DNA from: an uncultured Alphaproteobacteria bacterium
GTDB lineage: Bacteria; Pseudomonadota; Alphaproteobacteria; CAAHEQ01; UBA3637
Direction of reading: 5' to 3'
DNA length: 64,000 nt
NCBI GenBank assembly: GCA_949292205.1
Contig: CASEYR010000002.1
Span: 34,777-98,776, forward strand
Part shown: positions 47,301 through 59,000 of the stretch, piece by piece
Layout: every line of letters starts with the position of its first letter
How positions within the stretch are numbered: the stretch's first letter is position 1
Notes under the pieces: generated by a model
Database searches by the model: none
Told to the model about the DNA's origin: nothing
Seen by the model: only the letters and a program-made list of their open reading frames with translations
Translations under genes and position numbers: made by a program

Positions 47301-50300
47301 ATGACAGAAAAACAAAAATACTATCCGGAATTGCCGACTAAGCTTTCTTTTCCGGAGATGGAAAAAGATATTATCCGCTTTTGGGAAGAAGATAAAACTT
47401 TTGAAAAATCTATTGAAAATCGTCGTGGTGCAGAAGAGTTTGTTTTTTATGATGGCCCTCCGTTCGCTAACGGATTGCCTCACTATGGTCATATCATGGT
47501 GTCCTATGTTAAAGATACAATCGCTAGATTTCAAACAATGTCCGGTAAATTGGTTGAACGGCGCTTGGGTTGGGATTGCCACGGCTTGCCCGCAGAAATG
47601 TCCGCCGAAAAACAACTGGGCGTATCGGGGCATAAGGCGATTGAAGAATATGGTATCGCTCAATTCAATGACTTTTGCCGTAAAGACGTTTTAAAATACT
47701 CCTCTATTTGGGTGGATATGTTTAAACGTATCGGGCGTTGGGTCGATTTTAACAATGATTATAAAACAATGGACCTTCCTTTTATGGAATCCGTCATTCA
47801 TAACTTTAAAGAGTTATATGATAAGGGCTTGGTTTATGAGGGCTATCGTGTTCAGCCGTATTCTTGGGCTGCCCAAACGCCGGTATCTAATTTTGAAGTC
47901 AATCAGGCTTATCGGGATAAGACGGATACATCCGTTACCGTTTTGTTCCGCTTGGAAAACGGTTCGAATCTGTTGGTTTGGACAACTACACCGTGGACTT
48001 TGCCTTCTAACTTGATGATTGCCGTCGGGAAAGATATTGATTATGCCGTTATGGAAGAAAACGGAGAAAAATATATCTTGGCCGAGGCTCTGTTGGGACG
48101 CTATAAACAACAGCTGCAACATGCCGAGCGTGTCGGGACAATGAAGGGTTCTGAGTTGGTCGGATTGCGTTATACTCCCCTGTTCTCCTATTTCTCGGAT
48201 TTGGTCGAAAAAGGCTGTTTCCGTATTCTGGCCGGTGATTTCGTATCAACCGAAGACGGAACGGGTATTGTTCATATTGCTCCCGGTTTCGGTGAAGATG
48301 ACTTTAATGCTTGTATGGCTTTGGATAAGAACTTCCCCATCGTTTGTCCCGTCGATGAAGCCGGATGCTTTACCGCCGAAGTTCCTGATTATCAGGGAAT
48401 GCAGGTCTTTGACGCAAATGAACCGATTTTAAATCGCTTGAAGGCCGAACGCAAGTTGGTGAAAAAAGAGCAAATTACGCACAGCTATCCGTATTGCTGG
48501 AGAACGGATACGCCCTTAATTTATAAGGCTATGTCCAGCTGGTTCGTTAAAGTAACCGACTTTAAAGATCAGATGCTGAAAACAAATGAGGATATTACTT
48601 GGACGCCCGAGAACATCAAGTATGGGCGTTTTGGAAAGGGATTGGAGTCTGCTCCGGATTGGAATATCTCTAGAAATCGTTTTTGGGGAGCACCTCTGCC
48701 TGTTTGGAAATCCGATAACCCCGAATTCCCCAGAACGGATGTTTTTGGCTCTGTTGCCGAAATTAAAGAAAAAACCGGTTTTGATGTAACAGACTTGCAC
48801 CGTCCGTATATTGATGAGGTTGTTTACCCGAACCCAGATGATCCCTCCGGTAAAACAATGATGCGACGCGTCCCGTATGTGTTTGATTGCTGGTTTGAAT
48901 CAGGTTCTATGCCGGAAGGGCAGGTGCATTATCCCTTTGAACGCAAAGAATGGTTTGAAAATCATTTCCCTGCCGACTTTATCGTGGAAGGAATTGACCA
49001 GACGCGTGGGTGGTTCTATTCCTTGCATGTTCTGGGAACGGCTTTGCATGGTAAGCCGGCCTATAAAAATTGCTTGGCAACCGGTTTGTTGATGGCTGAA
49101 GGTGGCGTTAAGTTATCTAAAAAATTGAAAAATTATCCCGATCCTTATGAGGTGTTGGATACAATGGGATCAGATGCTTTGCGTTGGTTCTTAATTTCCT
49201 CCCCCGCCGTAAAAGCCGGAAACGCTATGGTTGATCAGGAAGGAAAAGAAGTTGCAAAGGCTACACGAAAGGCGGTTTTACCGTTCTGGAATGCTTATTA
49301 CTTCTTCTGCTTGTATGCAAATGCCGAAGGAATTCGGGCAGAAGAAATAACAACGTCAACGGATATCTTGGACCGCTATGTTTTAGCTAAACTAAAGGCT
49401 TTGACCGACAATGTTCGTGCGGCTTTGACCGTTTACGATATGAATCGGGCTTGTTCGGAGTGTGCCGACTTTTTGGATATCTTGAATAACTGGTATATCC
49501 GTCGCTCTCGCGCTCGGTTCTGGGACGGATCTGATACGCAAGCCTTTAATACACTCTACACCGTTTTGGTGACGCTGGCCAGAGTTATGGCCCCCTTGAT
49601 GCCGATGACAACCGAATTCGTTTATCGTGGCTTAACCGCCGGAAATCAGTCCGTTCACTTGACCGATTTCCCATTGGTTGATGCATTGCACCCCGAAACG
49701 GAATTAATTGCTCAGATGGATTTGGTGCGTCAGATTTCTTCAACCGCTAAAGCTGTTCGTGAAGAACATAAATTACGGAACAGACTACCTTTGAAAGAAA
49801 TGACTGTCGCCGGTGAGCAAGTCGGATTGTTGGAATCATTTGCCGATGTTTTAAAAGATGAAGTCAATGTCAAGAATGTTATCTTAAAGACAGATATTTC
49901 CGCTGTTGCCGATACGTTCTTGTATTTGAAAACACCTCTTATCGGAAAACGATTGGGACGCTTTATGAAAGAAATCATGGCGGCTTCTAAAACAACAGAA
50001 TGGCGTGTTCAGCCTGATGGTTCTTTGGCTATCGCCGGACAGGTCTTGACCCCTGAAGAGTTTGAACTCCGCTTGGTCTTGAAAGAGGGATTAAACGGAC
50101 AGGCTCTGCCCGATAATACCGCTGTCATTCTGCTTGATACGGTTGTTGATCCCGCTTTGGAACGAGAGGGTATTGCACGCGATTTCGTGCGGATGATTCA
50201 GTCTCGCCGAAAGGAAAAAGGATTGGATATTTCTGACCGGATTACCTTGGCTTGGCAGAGTCAGTCAGATGTTGTTCGTGCCGCTATTGCCGAGCATCAA

Positions 50301-50414
50301 GCTTATATCATGGAGCAGGTTTTGGCTACGGAATTATCCGAAATTGTTCCTGAGGACGCTGTTACGGAAGAATTGGGTGACGGGGCAATTACTTTTGATG
50401 TTATCCGATTATAA
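47301..50414 (+). CDS. ileS: Isoleucine-tRNA ligase, type 2 (IleRS2)
   Basis: FYDGPPFANGLPHYGH, GWDCHGLP, WTTTPWTLP, ISRNRFWG, KLSKK; 1037 aa; no C-terminal zinc finger. Confidence 0.95.
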   Translation: MTEKQKYYPELPTKLSFPEMEKDIIRFWEEDKTFEKSIENRRGAEEFVFYDGPPFANGLPHYGHIMVSYVKDTIARFQTMSGKLVERRLGWDCHGLPAEMSAEKQLGVSGHKAIEEYGIAQFNDFCRKDVLKYSSIWVDMFKRIGRWVDFNNDYKTMDLPFMESVIHNFKELYDKGLVYEGYRVQPYSWAAQTPVSNFEVNQAYRDKTDTSVTVLFRLENGSNLLVWTTTPWTLPSNLMIAVGKDIDYAVMEENGEKYILAEALLGRYKQQLQHAERVGTMKGSELVGLRYTPLFSYFSDLVEKGCFRILAGDFVSTEDGTGIVHIAPGFGEDDFNACMALDKNFPIVCPVDEAGCFTAEVPDYQGMQVFDANEPILNRLKAERKLVKKEQITHSYPYCWRTDTPLIYKAMSSWFVKVTDFKDQMLKTNEDITWTPENIKYGRFGKGLESAPDWNISRNRFWGAPLPVWKSDNPEFPRTDVFGSVAEIKEKTGFDVTDLHRPYIDEVVYPNPDDPSGKTMMRRVPYVFDCWFESGSMPEGQVHYPFERKEWFENHFPADFIVEGIDQTRGWFYSLHVLGTALHGKPAYKNCLATGLLMAEGGVKLSKKLKNYPDPYEVLDTMGSDALRWFLISSPAVKAGNAMVDQEGKEVAKATRKAVLPFWNAYYFFCLYANAEGIRAEEITTSTDILDRYVLAKLKALTDNVRAALTVYDMNRACSECADFLDILNNWYIRRSRARFWDGSDTQAFNTLYTVLVTLARVMAPLMPMTTEFVYRGLTAGNQSVHLTDFPLVDALHPETELIAQMDLVRQISSTAKAVREEHKLRNRLPLKEMTVAGEQVGLLESFADVLKDEVNVKNVILKTDISAVADTFLYLKTPLIGKRLGRFMKEIMAASKTTEWRVQPDGSLAIAGQVLTPEEFELRLVLKEGLNGQALPDNTAVILLDTVVDPALEREGIARDFVRMIQSRRKEKGLDISDRITLAWQSQSDVVRAAIAEHQAYIMEQVLATELSEIVPEDAVTEELGDGAITFDVIRL

Positions 50415-50436
50415 TCTTAATCGTAAGAATCAATAC

Positions 50437-50470
50437 AAACTCGCCGATGAAATCATCCGGCGAGTTTTTT
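50437..50470. terminator. Terminator between ileS and uvrD
   Basis: AAACTCGCCG-atgaaatcatc-CGGCGAGTTTTTT. Confidence 0.8.
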
Positions 50471-50492
50471 GTTGATTGATATAACTGGAAAT

Positions 50493-52802
50493 TTATCCTT
50501 CGTTTAAAAAACGAGCTAAAACTTTCTTTAGACCAACATCATCAAAATGAACTTCTAAACGATCTCCCTCCTCCCGAATCACAGTCCCGAATCCAAATGT
50601 TTCGTGATACACGCGTTTCCCGATCCGACGGGAGTGATGTGATGACGGGGAGGGGCTATAACTTGCTCGGATGTTTGTGGGATAGCTGTCCTCAGGTGTC
50701 AATGAAGATTTGAAATAATCATTTTCCGATTGGTCGAAAAAAGAGGATCCCTGTTGATACGAATTAAAAGTATTCTTTTGATACGGCTGAAAACCATATT
50801 CGAATGACGTGTCTATACACTCTTCAATGTGTTCGGGCGGAAGCTCCTCGACAAAACGACTGGGAATGTTATTCTGCCATTGTCCGTATACTAACCGCTT
50901 GTTTGCAAAGGAAATAAATGCTTTTTTCTTGGCTCGCGTTAACCCGACATAGGCTAAACGACGTTCTTCCTCTAACCCTTGCTCGCCGCATTCATCCAGC
51001 GCTTTTTGATGCGGAAACAGTCCATCCTCCCAACCGGGGAGAAATACTGTTTCAAACTCCAACCCCTTGGAGGCATGTAGGGTCATTATCGCCAATTGCT
51101 CGCCTGTCGTCTTTTCATCGGCATCCGTGACCAGTGTCGCATACTCAATAAACGCGTTTATCGTTTCAAAATCATCTAAAACCGTATATAACTCTTTGAT
51201 GTTTTCCAGTCGCGTTTCCGCTTCAAGGGATTTATCCGCTTGCCACATGGCAATATAGCCGGACTCTTCCAAAATGTGTTTTACCAGCTCTTTTGTTTCG
51301 TAGGTGTCCATCTTGCTCTGCCAAGTCCGAACAAGACCGATAAACGCGTCTAATGTCTTACGAACCGACGGACGTAATTCTGCCCAGGCAATCGCATCAA
51401 ATAAACTGATATGATGCTCTTTGGCCGCTATCGTTATCGATTTTAAGGCGCCATCCCCTATGCCTCGACGCGGCTTGTTGATAATCCGAGAAAAGGCTAA
51501 ATCATCATTGGGATTTAACACTAATCGTAAATAGGCAACGGCATCTCGAATTTCTTCACGTTCGTAAAACTTAAAGCCACCGATAATTTTATAGGGAATC
51601 CCTAATTTTATGCATTCATCTTCAAAAGATCGGGTTTGCGACGATATTCGAACCAAAACAGCCATTTGAGATAAAAATGTTCCTCGGCGTTGTTCGTCTT
51701 CTACTTGCAGAATGATTCGCTCGGCTTCCTGTTTTCCGCTGGGATAGCCCCGGACTTTGACGCGTTCGCCAGAGCCGTCTCGCCCGTCCGCAACCTTTAA
51801 GGTCTTTCCGAGACGGCTGGTGTTATTGGCTATTAACGCCGAGGCTGCCCCCAGAATGTGTGTGGTTGAACGATAGTTTCGCTCGAGCCGAATAATCAAT
51901 GCATTGGGATAGACTTCTTGAAATTTTAGGATATTTTCAACTTCGGCACCACGCCATGAGTAAATCGATTGATCATCATCCCCGACACAACAGATATTCT
52001 TGTGTTTTTGTGCTAATAACCGGAGCAACAGATATTGCGCAACGTTTGTGTCTTGATACTCGTCAACCAAAATGTATCGGAATTGTTTTTGATAGTAACC
52101 TAAAATCTCCGGATGCGTTTTGAATAAGTTGAGCGGTCGTAATAATAAATCTCCGAAATCAACCGCATTCAGCTCTTGGAGCCGATTTTGATAAATCCGA
52201 TAAAAACCTTTGACTTGACCATTACAATAGCCACTGTCTTCGGCGGGGGTAATCGCTTCGGGTTCAAGACCACGGTCTTTCCAGCGTTGAATAATATCCA
52301 AAACGGTGCTGGGCGTATACTTTTTAACATCAATCCCGTTATCTATCAAAATCTGCTTAATCAGGCGTTCTTGATCATCTGTATTTAAAACAATGAAGCG
52401 GGGTTGTAAACCGGCTTCTGCCGGAAAACGACTTAAAATACGAATGCCGATAGCGTGAAAGGTTCCCAGCCAGACATTCCGAGCCGATAACCCAATCATT
52501 TTTTCCAGACGTTCTTTCATCTCGCGACTGGCTTTGTTTGTGAACGTAACGGCTAAGACTTGCCACGACGTTGCCAGACCACGACCGAGAATGTAAGCTA
52601 TTCGTGTCGTTAGCACGCGAGTCTTGCCCGTTCCTGCCCCAGATAAAACTAAAACAGGACCTTCCGTTTGTTCAACGGCTTGCTTCTGTTCCGGATTTAA
52701 ATCCGATAAAAACGGTAGCTCGGGTGGCTCGGGGAGGGGTGTTGGCCGAGAGGCATATTCTAAAATTTGTTCGGGTTCTTCTAAATCAAAAAAATCGGAC
52801 AT
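50493..52802 (-). CDS. uvrD: UvrD/PcrA superfamily 1 helicase
   Basis: GAGTGKT, VDEYQD, GDDDQSIY, NYRS, TLHASKGLEF, EERRLAYVGLTRA; start may be 52838. Confidence 0.95.
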   Translation of the reverse strand: MSDFFDLEEPEQILEYASRPTPLPEPPELPFLSDLNPEQKQAVEQTEGPVLVLSGAGTGKTRVLTTRIAYILGRGLATSWQVLAVTFTNKASREMKERLEKMIGLSARNVWLGTFHAIGIRILSRFPAEAGLQPRFIVLNTDDQERLIKQILIDNGIDVKKYTPSTVLDIIQRWKDRGLEPEAITPAEDSGYCNGQVKGFYRIYQNRLQELNAVDFGDLLLRPLNLFKTHPEILGYYQKQFRYILVDEYQDTNVAQYLLLRLLAQKHKNICCVGDDDQSIYSWRGAEVENILKFQEVYPNALIIRLERNYRSTTHILGAASALIANNTSRLGKTLKVADGRDGSGERVKVRGYPSGKQEAERIILQVEDEQRRGTFLSQMAVLVRISSQTRSFEDECIKLGIPYKIIGGFKFYEREEIRDAVAYLRLVLNPNDDLAFSRIINKPRRGIGDGALKSITIAAKEHHISLFDAIAWAELRPSVRKTLDAFIGLVRTWQSKMDTYETKELVKHILEESGYIAMWQADKSLEAETRLENIKELYTVLDDFETINAFIEYATLVTDADEKTTGEQLAIMTLHASKGLEFETVFLPGWEDGLFPHQKALDECGEQGLEEERRLAYVGLTRAKKKAFISFANKRLVYGQWQNNIPSRFVEELPPEHIEECIDTSFEYGFQPYQKNTFNSYQQGSSFFDQSENDYFKSSLTPEDSYPTNIRASYSPSPSSHHSRRIGKRVYHETFGFGTVIREEGDRLEVHFDDVGLKKVLARFLNEG

Positions 52803-52819
52803 GGCTCTTTCTTTTTCAA

Positions 52820-53521
52820 TTACTCTGTTTCTTGACAAATAAAATGTATCGCTTTGTCGGCGGCAATTAAACCAAATGTTCCCGTAATGGTGACAAGACT
52901 TGCCATTTGACGCCCTCTGTCACTGTTCCCTTTCGGGGGCTCATCCGAAAAAACACATGGAAAAGATAAATCTCCCCCTTTTTGGCGTAACGTGTGCCGA
53001 ATCTTGGCGGCTAGCGGGCATACCGTCGTTTTTGAAAGCGGGGCTATCTGAATCCGCTTGAAATCCGTCCGCATCGCTGCCCCCATAGAAGATATGAACG
53101 GAATATGATTCATTTGTAGCCATAGTATTAAGTCCACTTTATCCGTCACTTGATCAATGGCATCTATGACAAAATCCGGTTTGGGCAATAACAGCTTATC
53201 AATATTGTCCTCTTTTAAAAATGTGGTATGGGCTATCACTTTTGTTTCGGGACAAATATCGTGAATGCGATCGGACAAAATATGGGCTTTGTTTTTTCCC
53301 AATGTTGAGTGAAGCGCACAGAGTTGACGATTGATATTACTGGATTCAACTCTATCCCCATCTATCAGCGTGATATGCCCGATGCCAACCCGTGCAAGCG
53401 CTTCGGCCGCAAAGGAACCAACCGCTCCGCATCCGACAACGGCTATGTGTGCCGCGCGTAGTCGCATCAGCCCTTGCGCTCCAAAGAGCAACTGTGTTCG
53501 TTGAAACTGATCAGACGTCAT
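52820..53521 (-). CDS. tcdA: tRNA threonylcarbamoyladenosine dehydratase (ThiF family)
   Basis: VGCGAVGS, SNINRQ, VIDAID, SSMGA, CPLA, VFSDE. Confidence 0.88.
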   Translation of the reverse strand: MTSDQFQRTQLLFGAQGLMRLRAAHIAVVGCGAVGSFAAEALARVGIGHITLIDGDRVESSNINRQLCALHSTLGKNKAHILSDRIHDICPETKVIAHTTFLKEDNIDKLLLPKPDFVIDAIDQVTDKVDLILWLQMNHIPFISSMGAAMRTDFKRIQIAPLSKTTVCPLAAKIRHTLRQKGGDLSFPCVFSDEPPKGNSDRGRQMASLVTITGTFGLIAADKAIHFICQETE

Positions 53522-54170
53522 ACAGGAAAAGCTCCAAATTTTGTTGCAAGTAGGCAATATCTAAACGAAGCGTTTTTGCTAACTCCGGAATGCGGGCAGG
53601 GTCGCCTAAGCCATCCGGAGCATCGCTTTCCAATAGTAATCGATTGTCCGGAATAATATCAATAAAACGTCCGTTTAATACCGAAAAATAAGCGTTAAAC
53701 ATACGTAGCTTTTGAATAATAACCTCATCTCCGGAAAATCGATGAAACAAAGCTTGAACATCTCGATACTGTCCCAAAATCTCAAACATATCATCCCACG
53801 CTTTAACGCAGTGAATATGCACTTTCCGTCGGTACCGCGAGGCTATTTCTAAACAGGTTTGAAATACTTTCTTTTGCAGCGGATAAAAGGGACGAGTCGC
53901 ATCTAATCCGATTTCTCCAACCATCGCATTCGGATACTCTTTTAAAAATTGCTCTAATCGCTGACTCCAGTCCGGCGGCAGATTATCCACAAACCACGGA
54001 TGAACGCCAACGCACATATGAATACCTAAAACGCGTTTATTTAAATCAGCTATCTTTTGCCAATCATCCGGAATCGTTGCATTCACAAAAAAGCTTTTAA
54101 CCCCTAAATCATAAGCCTTCATAAATACATCGTCAGGCATTAAGTGACAGTGTGCATCGCAATAAAACAT
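53511..54170 (-). CDS. TatD family hydrolase
   Basis: DAHCH, GVHPW, VGEIGLD, IHCVKA, LLESDAP. Confidence 0.9.
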   Translation of the reverse strand: MFYCDAHCHLMPDDVFMKAYDLGVKSFFVNATIPDDWQKIADLNKRVLGIHMCVGVHPWFVDNLPPDWSQRLEQFLKEYPNAMVGEIGLDATRPFYPLQKKVFQTCLEIASRYRRKVHIHCVKAWDDMFEILGQYRDVQALFHRFSGDEVIIQKLRMFNAYFSVLNGRFIDIIPDNRLLLESDAPDGLGDPARIPELAKTLRLDIAYLQQNLELFLYDV

Positions 54171-54265
54171 ATGATTCCTTTCCCTATTCTGATAGAGGCA
54201 GTATACACTTTTTTATTGCAATTTGGAAGAAATAAAAATAACATAAAGACAAAAAAGGATATTCA

Positions 54266-55729
54266 ATGCGATTTAGACTGATTTTTTCAATCGTTGGCTT
54301 TATGATTGTTCTGTGCGGAATCAGTATGATGATTCCGATGGCTGTCGATTTTGTGCTGGGGCATCGGGAGGCTGGATATCGGTTCTCGGTTGCTGCCGGT
54401 TTGAGCGTCGCCGTCGGTTTGTTGATTCGGTTGATTGCCGGCGCTGATAATCAGCCCTTGCGAACAAAGGAAATGTTTTTAACAACGACTCTGGTTTGGG
54501 CGGCTTATACGCTTTTCGCCGCTATCCCCTTCTTTGTTTCTGAATATCGTATCTCTTTTACGGACTCTGTTTTTGAGTCTATGTCCGGTTTGACAACAAC
54601 CGGTGCAACGGTCTTAAGTGGCTTGGATTCTATGACACCCGGAATCTTGTTGTGGCGGTCTATGACTCAATGGATGGGCGGTTTCGGTATCGTCATTATG
54701 GCTATCTTAATCTTGCCCGCACTACGTGTCGGCGGGATGCAATTCTTTAATACCGAATCATCGGCTCAGTCGGATCGGGATATGCCGATGGTCGCTAAAA
54801 ATATGCAGGCTATCTTGTTGTATTTCTTGGGGTTGTCTGTCGCTTGTGCCGTCTGTTTGTGGCTTGCCGGTATGAGTGTGTTTGATGCGATTAACCATTC
54901 AATGACTGCGATTGCAACCGGTGGATTTTCAACGCATGACGCCTCGGTCGGCTTTTTTAAAAGTCCCGCAATCGAATGGGTTTTGACTTTCTTTATGGCG
55001 GTTTCCGGTATGCCTTTGATTTTGGGCTTGTATCTGTTTCGGCGACAATGGACCCCGATACGGGAAAATATTCAAATCGCTTTTTATTGGAAGTTCTTGC
55101 TTGGTGCCGTCGTCTTGTTGACTGCCGTTCGTTGGGGGTTTGATCGGTTTGAGCCGGAAGAGTTGTTCACTTATATCCGACAGGCGGCTTTCAGTATTGT
55201 TTCGGTTGTGACAACAACCGGTTATGTTTCCGATAATTATCAGCTATGGGGGAGTTTTTCTGTCGCTTTCTTTATGTTTTTACTGGCAATGGGATCGTGT
55301 ACCGGTTCAACGGCCGGCGGTATTAAAATGTTCCGATTTGCTGTGTTGTCTCGGACTGTCGGCGTGCGTTTGCGTAGTTTGATTCAGCCTCATGGCGTCT
55401 TTGTCCCGAGATATGGTAGTCAGCCCATCACCGATGATATTTTAATCAGTGTTTTGGTCTTTTTTGGTTTGTATCTGGGAACGGCTGTGGCTTCAACGTT
55501 TGTTCTGGCTTTTTGTGGGCTTGATTTTGTAACCAGCCTGTCGGCAACGCTAACAAGCTTGTCAAACGTTGGTCCGGGGTTGGGACATGTTGTCGGTCCG
55601 GATCAGACTTTTGCTGCTTTGCCTTCGGTAGCTAAATGGGTTTTGGTTATTGATATGATGATGGGCCGTTTGGAATTTGTTTCCGTTTTGGTCTTGTTTT
55701 TCCCCTTTTTATGGAAGAGAAATGCATGA
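54266..55729 (+). CDS. trkH: TrkH potassium uptake membrane protein
   Basis: FESMSGLTTTGAT, ATGGFS, TTTGY, GSTAGGIK, SNVGPG, GRLE. Confidence 0.95.
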   Translation: MRFRLIFSIVGFMIVLCGISMMIPMAVDFVLGHREAGYRFSVAAGLSVAVGLLIRLIAGADNQPLRTKEMFLTTTLVWAAYTLFAAIPFFVSEYRISFTDSVFESMSGLTTTGATVLSGLDSMTPGILLWRSMTQWMGGFGIVIMAILILPALRVGGMQFFNTESSAQSDRDMPMVAKNMQAILLYFLGLSVACAVCLWLAGMSVFDAINHSMTAIATGGFSTHDASVGFFKSPAIEWVLTFFMAVSGMPLILGLYLFRRQWTPIRENIQIAFYWKFLLGAVVLLTAVRWGFDRFEPEELFTYIRQAAFSIVSVVTTTGYVSDNYQLWGSFSVAFFMFLLAMGSCTGSTAGGIKMFRFAVLSRTVGVRLRSLIQPHGVFVPRYGSQPITDDILISVLVFFGLYLGTAVASTFVLAFCGLDFVTSLSATLTSLSNVGPGLGHVVGPDQTFAALPSVAKWVLVIDMMMGRLEFVSVLVLFFPFLWKRNA

Positions 55730-55950
55730 GCTTTTTTGATGATGCACAGGCTTTTATGAATAAACGACAGATAGACAATAATCGTGATGAGGTTGCACGA
55801 GAGGATTTGATTCGCCGCTTGCAGGCTGTATACGATAATGCTTCCAGACGGGAAATTGATCGGGCTTTGGATATTATATCCGAAAAAGAAGATTTGCCTG
55901 CCGATTTTGAGATATTGTTGAAAAAAATCCGGATTTATCTGGAGGATTGA
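55726..55950 (+). CDS. Small hypothetical protein
   Basis: ATGA overlap with the trkH stop; MSFFDDAQ start. Confidence 0.6.
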   Translation: MSFFDDAQAFMNKRQIDNNRDEVAREDLIRRLQAVYDNASRREIDRALDIISEKEDLPADFEILLKKIRIYLED

Positions 55951-56028
55951 TTAAAAAAAACTTTTCAAACAAAGCAAGATATGCTATAACAATCCTATTG
56001 ATTTTTAAAGGCAGTCAAGAGGATTGTT

Positions 56029-59000
56029 ATGAAGAAGTTTTTTATCATTTTAGGTTTGGTTTTTCTGGTCGTAATCGGTGGCGGTATGACTTTGATGGTC
56101 ATGTCTTTTAATCCGACGGCTTATCAAAAGCAGGTTATTGCATCTATCAAAGATTTAACCGGTCGAGATTTATTCGTCGGTGGAACGACTTCTATTACTT
56201 GGAGCCCGATGCCGACTATCGTGATGAAAAATATTCGCTTGGCAAATATCAATCAAAGCCAACAGGATACTATGTTGACCGCCGAGACTGTTCGGGTTGA
56301 AATTGAATGGGCTTCTTTGTTTAAAACACCCCTTGTCGTTAAACGTATTGAGCTGACAAAGCCTGTTTTGTTGTTAGAACGCTTGGAAAGTAATCGGGCT
56401 AATTTTGCGTTCCCGTTCTTGTTGGATCCCGATCGGCAGTTAGAGGAAATGGATTTTTTATCCGGTGGATCAAGTAGTACAAAAATAGATTCTGTCTTGA
56501 TTAAAAACGGCCAGATTCGTTATGTGAATCATATTACAAAAACACAAATGACTCTGTCGGATGTTAACGGTGATTTGGCCGTTGATTCTTTGCGTGGACC
56601 TTTTCGATTTACCGGTGAAGGTTTGGTTGGAGCCCATAAATATGTATTAAGTGTTAATACGGGTATGTTTAAGAGTTCCGTTCCTGTTGATTTAAGTTTT
56701 AAAATCAAAGAATCAGAGAGTGGAACGGCTATGGATTTTTCAGGACGACTGACGCCGGATAGTATGGAAATGTGGTTTAACGGTGTTGGATCTTTCTCGG
56801 TCAAAAAACCGAATATTTTGTTAGGTGCTATCGGGTTACCGTCAACAAATGTGGCTGACGGAAAATCGGCTGTTGGCAATTTATCTCTTGAAATTACACC
56901 GACTTCGGATCGTTTGAAGGATTTTACCGTTCGTTTCGGAGATGATGATAAAGCTGTTGCCGTTACCGGAAGTGTTGTGCGATCAACACAGGGTAAAGTT
57001 CCGGTTTATGATATTTCTTTGGGTTTGAATAGTTTTAATCCGGATGCGTGGAAATCTTATTTGAGTCAATTAAATTGGGGATGGATTGAGGCGAAAAAGG
57101 ATTATCCCGATATATCTTTTCAAATAAATGCTAAATCCGTTCCTTTTATGAAAGATGCTATCCAAGATTTGGCTCTTTCCGGACAATATGGATCGGGCGT
57201 TTTACGCTTAAACAAAATTTCTGCCGTTTTGCCCGGGCGGACGACAGTGGTGGCTTCGGGAGTTGCCGGACAACAAGGGACGATATCGGCTTTGAGTTTG
57301 GATACTCAAATTGAAAGTGATTCAATTAAAACATTGTTGAGCTGGCTAATGCCTGATAATAAGTGGATTAAGGAAACAAATATGCTACAAAAGGGGCGTT
57401 TCGTCGGTCGTATCAATTTGACGCCTCAAATTATCGGCGCTAATATTCGGGAATTAAAACTTGACGCTTCCGTTGTGACCGGAAGTATTCAAAGAACGCT
57501 GTCTGATAAGCCGGCTTATGATGTTAAATTGGCTTTTAATAATGTCAATGTCGACTCTTATACCGGATGGCAACCGGCTAAAACTAAAACGGATATTCAA
57601 GTTTTGCCGGTGCGATTAAAAGAGGCGTTGGAGAAAGCAACATGGATGGGACAAAATGCTATCCGCGCATCTATAGACGTTAATGATCTTCAGGTGTTTA
57701 ATGTTCCTATATCTTCTATGCGTGCCAGTGGTTACTTGGCAAACGGCATCTTGAAAATAGACACCTTAAACTTGAGAAATATGGCAAATGCTAATTTGGT
57801 TGCCTCTGGTTCAATAGAGGGTGTCGGAAGACCTCAAATGAATTTTGCCGGCGTGTCGGTTAAATTTGATACACGGCAGTTGCCTTTGTTGTTGGATCGA
57901 GCTAAGCTAACCAGTTCGTTACCATTGATTCAAAGTGCCGGTGAGGTGTCTGCCGAAGCTTCTGTTTCCGGTGGCAGAAACGGGTCTTGGACACTTGGGC
58001 TTCAAGCGGCTTTGTCTGATACTAATATCCGAATGGGCGGATTGGTTGATGCTCTTGAAACTCAACCAAACTTCCGAAACTTCAGCTTTGATATTGCTCA
58101 TCCGAATTTCCAGAACTTTATGCGACTGATTAAGCCCGATTTTAAGGCTTTGCCGAAATTAGACGGTAGTTTTAAAGCAAAAGGTATTTTAACAGGAACG
58201 AGTCGTCATTTTGATATTAAAGATGGCTTTTTCGGAGCCGGTATTCAACAACTGACCGGAACGTTGACATTTGATGATAAACAAATTCGATCAATAACGG
58301 CTGATGTTTCTTCTCCGTCCCTTGATTTAGAACGATTCTTGCCTGAAACTGCAACGCTATATACTTCGGTTAACGGTTTTGGAAAGTCGGCGTTTAAGTT
58401 AGATGAACTGGAAAAATGGCGTTGGAATATCCAACTACGTGCCGGACAGATGATTTATCGGGATTTGGATATTCGTCAGGCTGAAGTCGGGATTCAGTTG
58501 GAAAATAAAGCTTTGAAACTTGTTAACTTGAGCGGAGTTAATGGAACAAAAGAGGATGCTCCCATTAAAGTAAGCGGTTCTTTTGATTGGAATACAAATC
58601 CGACTTTAACGGCTACTTTCGATATTCAAAATGTGCCACTCCGATCGGACTTTATGGTCTTGCACGATGTTGCTTTCGGAAACGGTTTGTTGTCTGTTAC
58701 GGGTGAGTTGAAAGCCAGAGGAAATTCACCTTCCGAATTGGTTTCTGATTTGAATGGTACAGGGCGTCTGTCTGTTTTGGGGGGACAAATTATTGGTATT
58801 GGGATTGAGCAGATGATTCCTTTGGTTACTCGGGCTTTACAACGAAACGAAGAAGCAGATGTGTTTGAACCTCAATTTAGGCGTGTTCTGACAAGTGGTA
58901 AAACAGTATTGAATGATATTTCCGGTGATTTTGTTATTGCTGACGGCGTTGTTCGTATGATGGATTTGACTTTGAATACCGCAAATTCGACTGCTAATCC

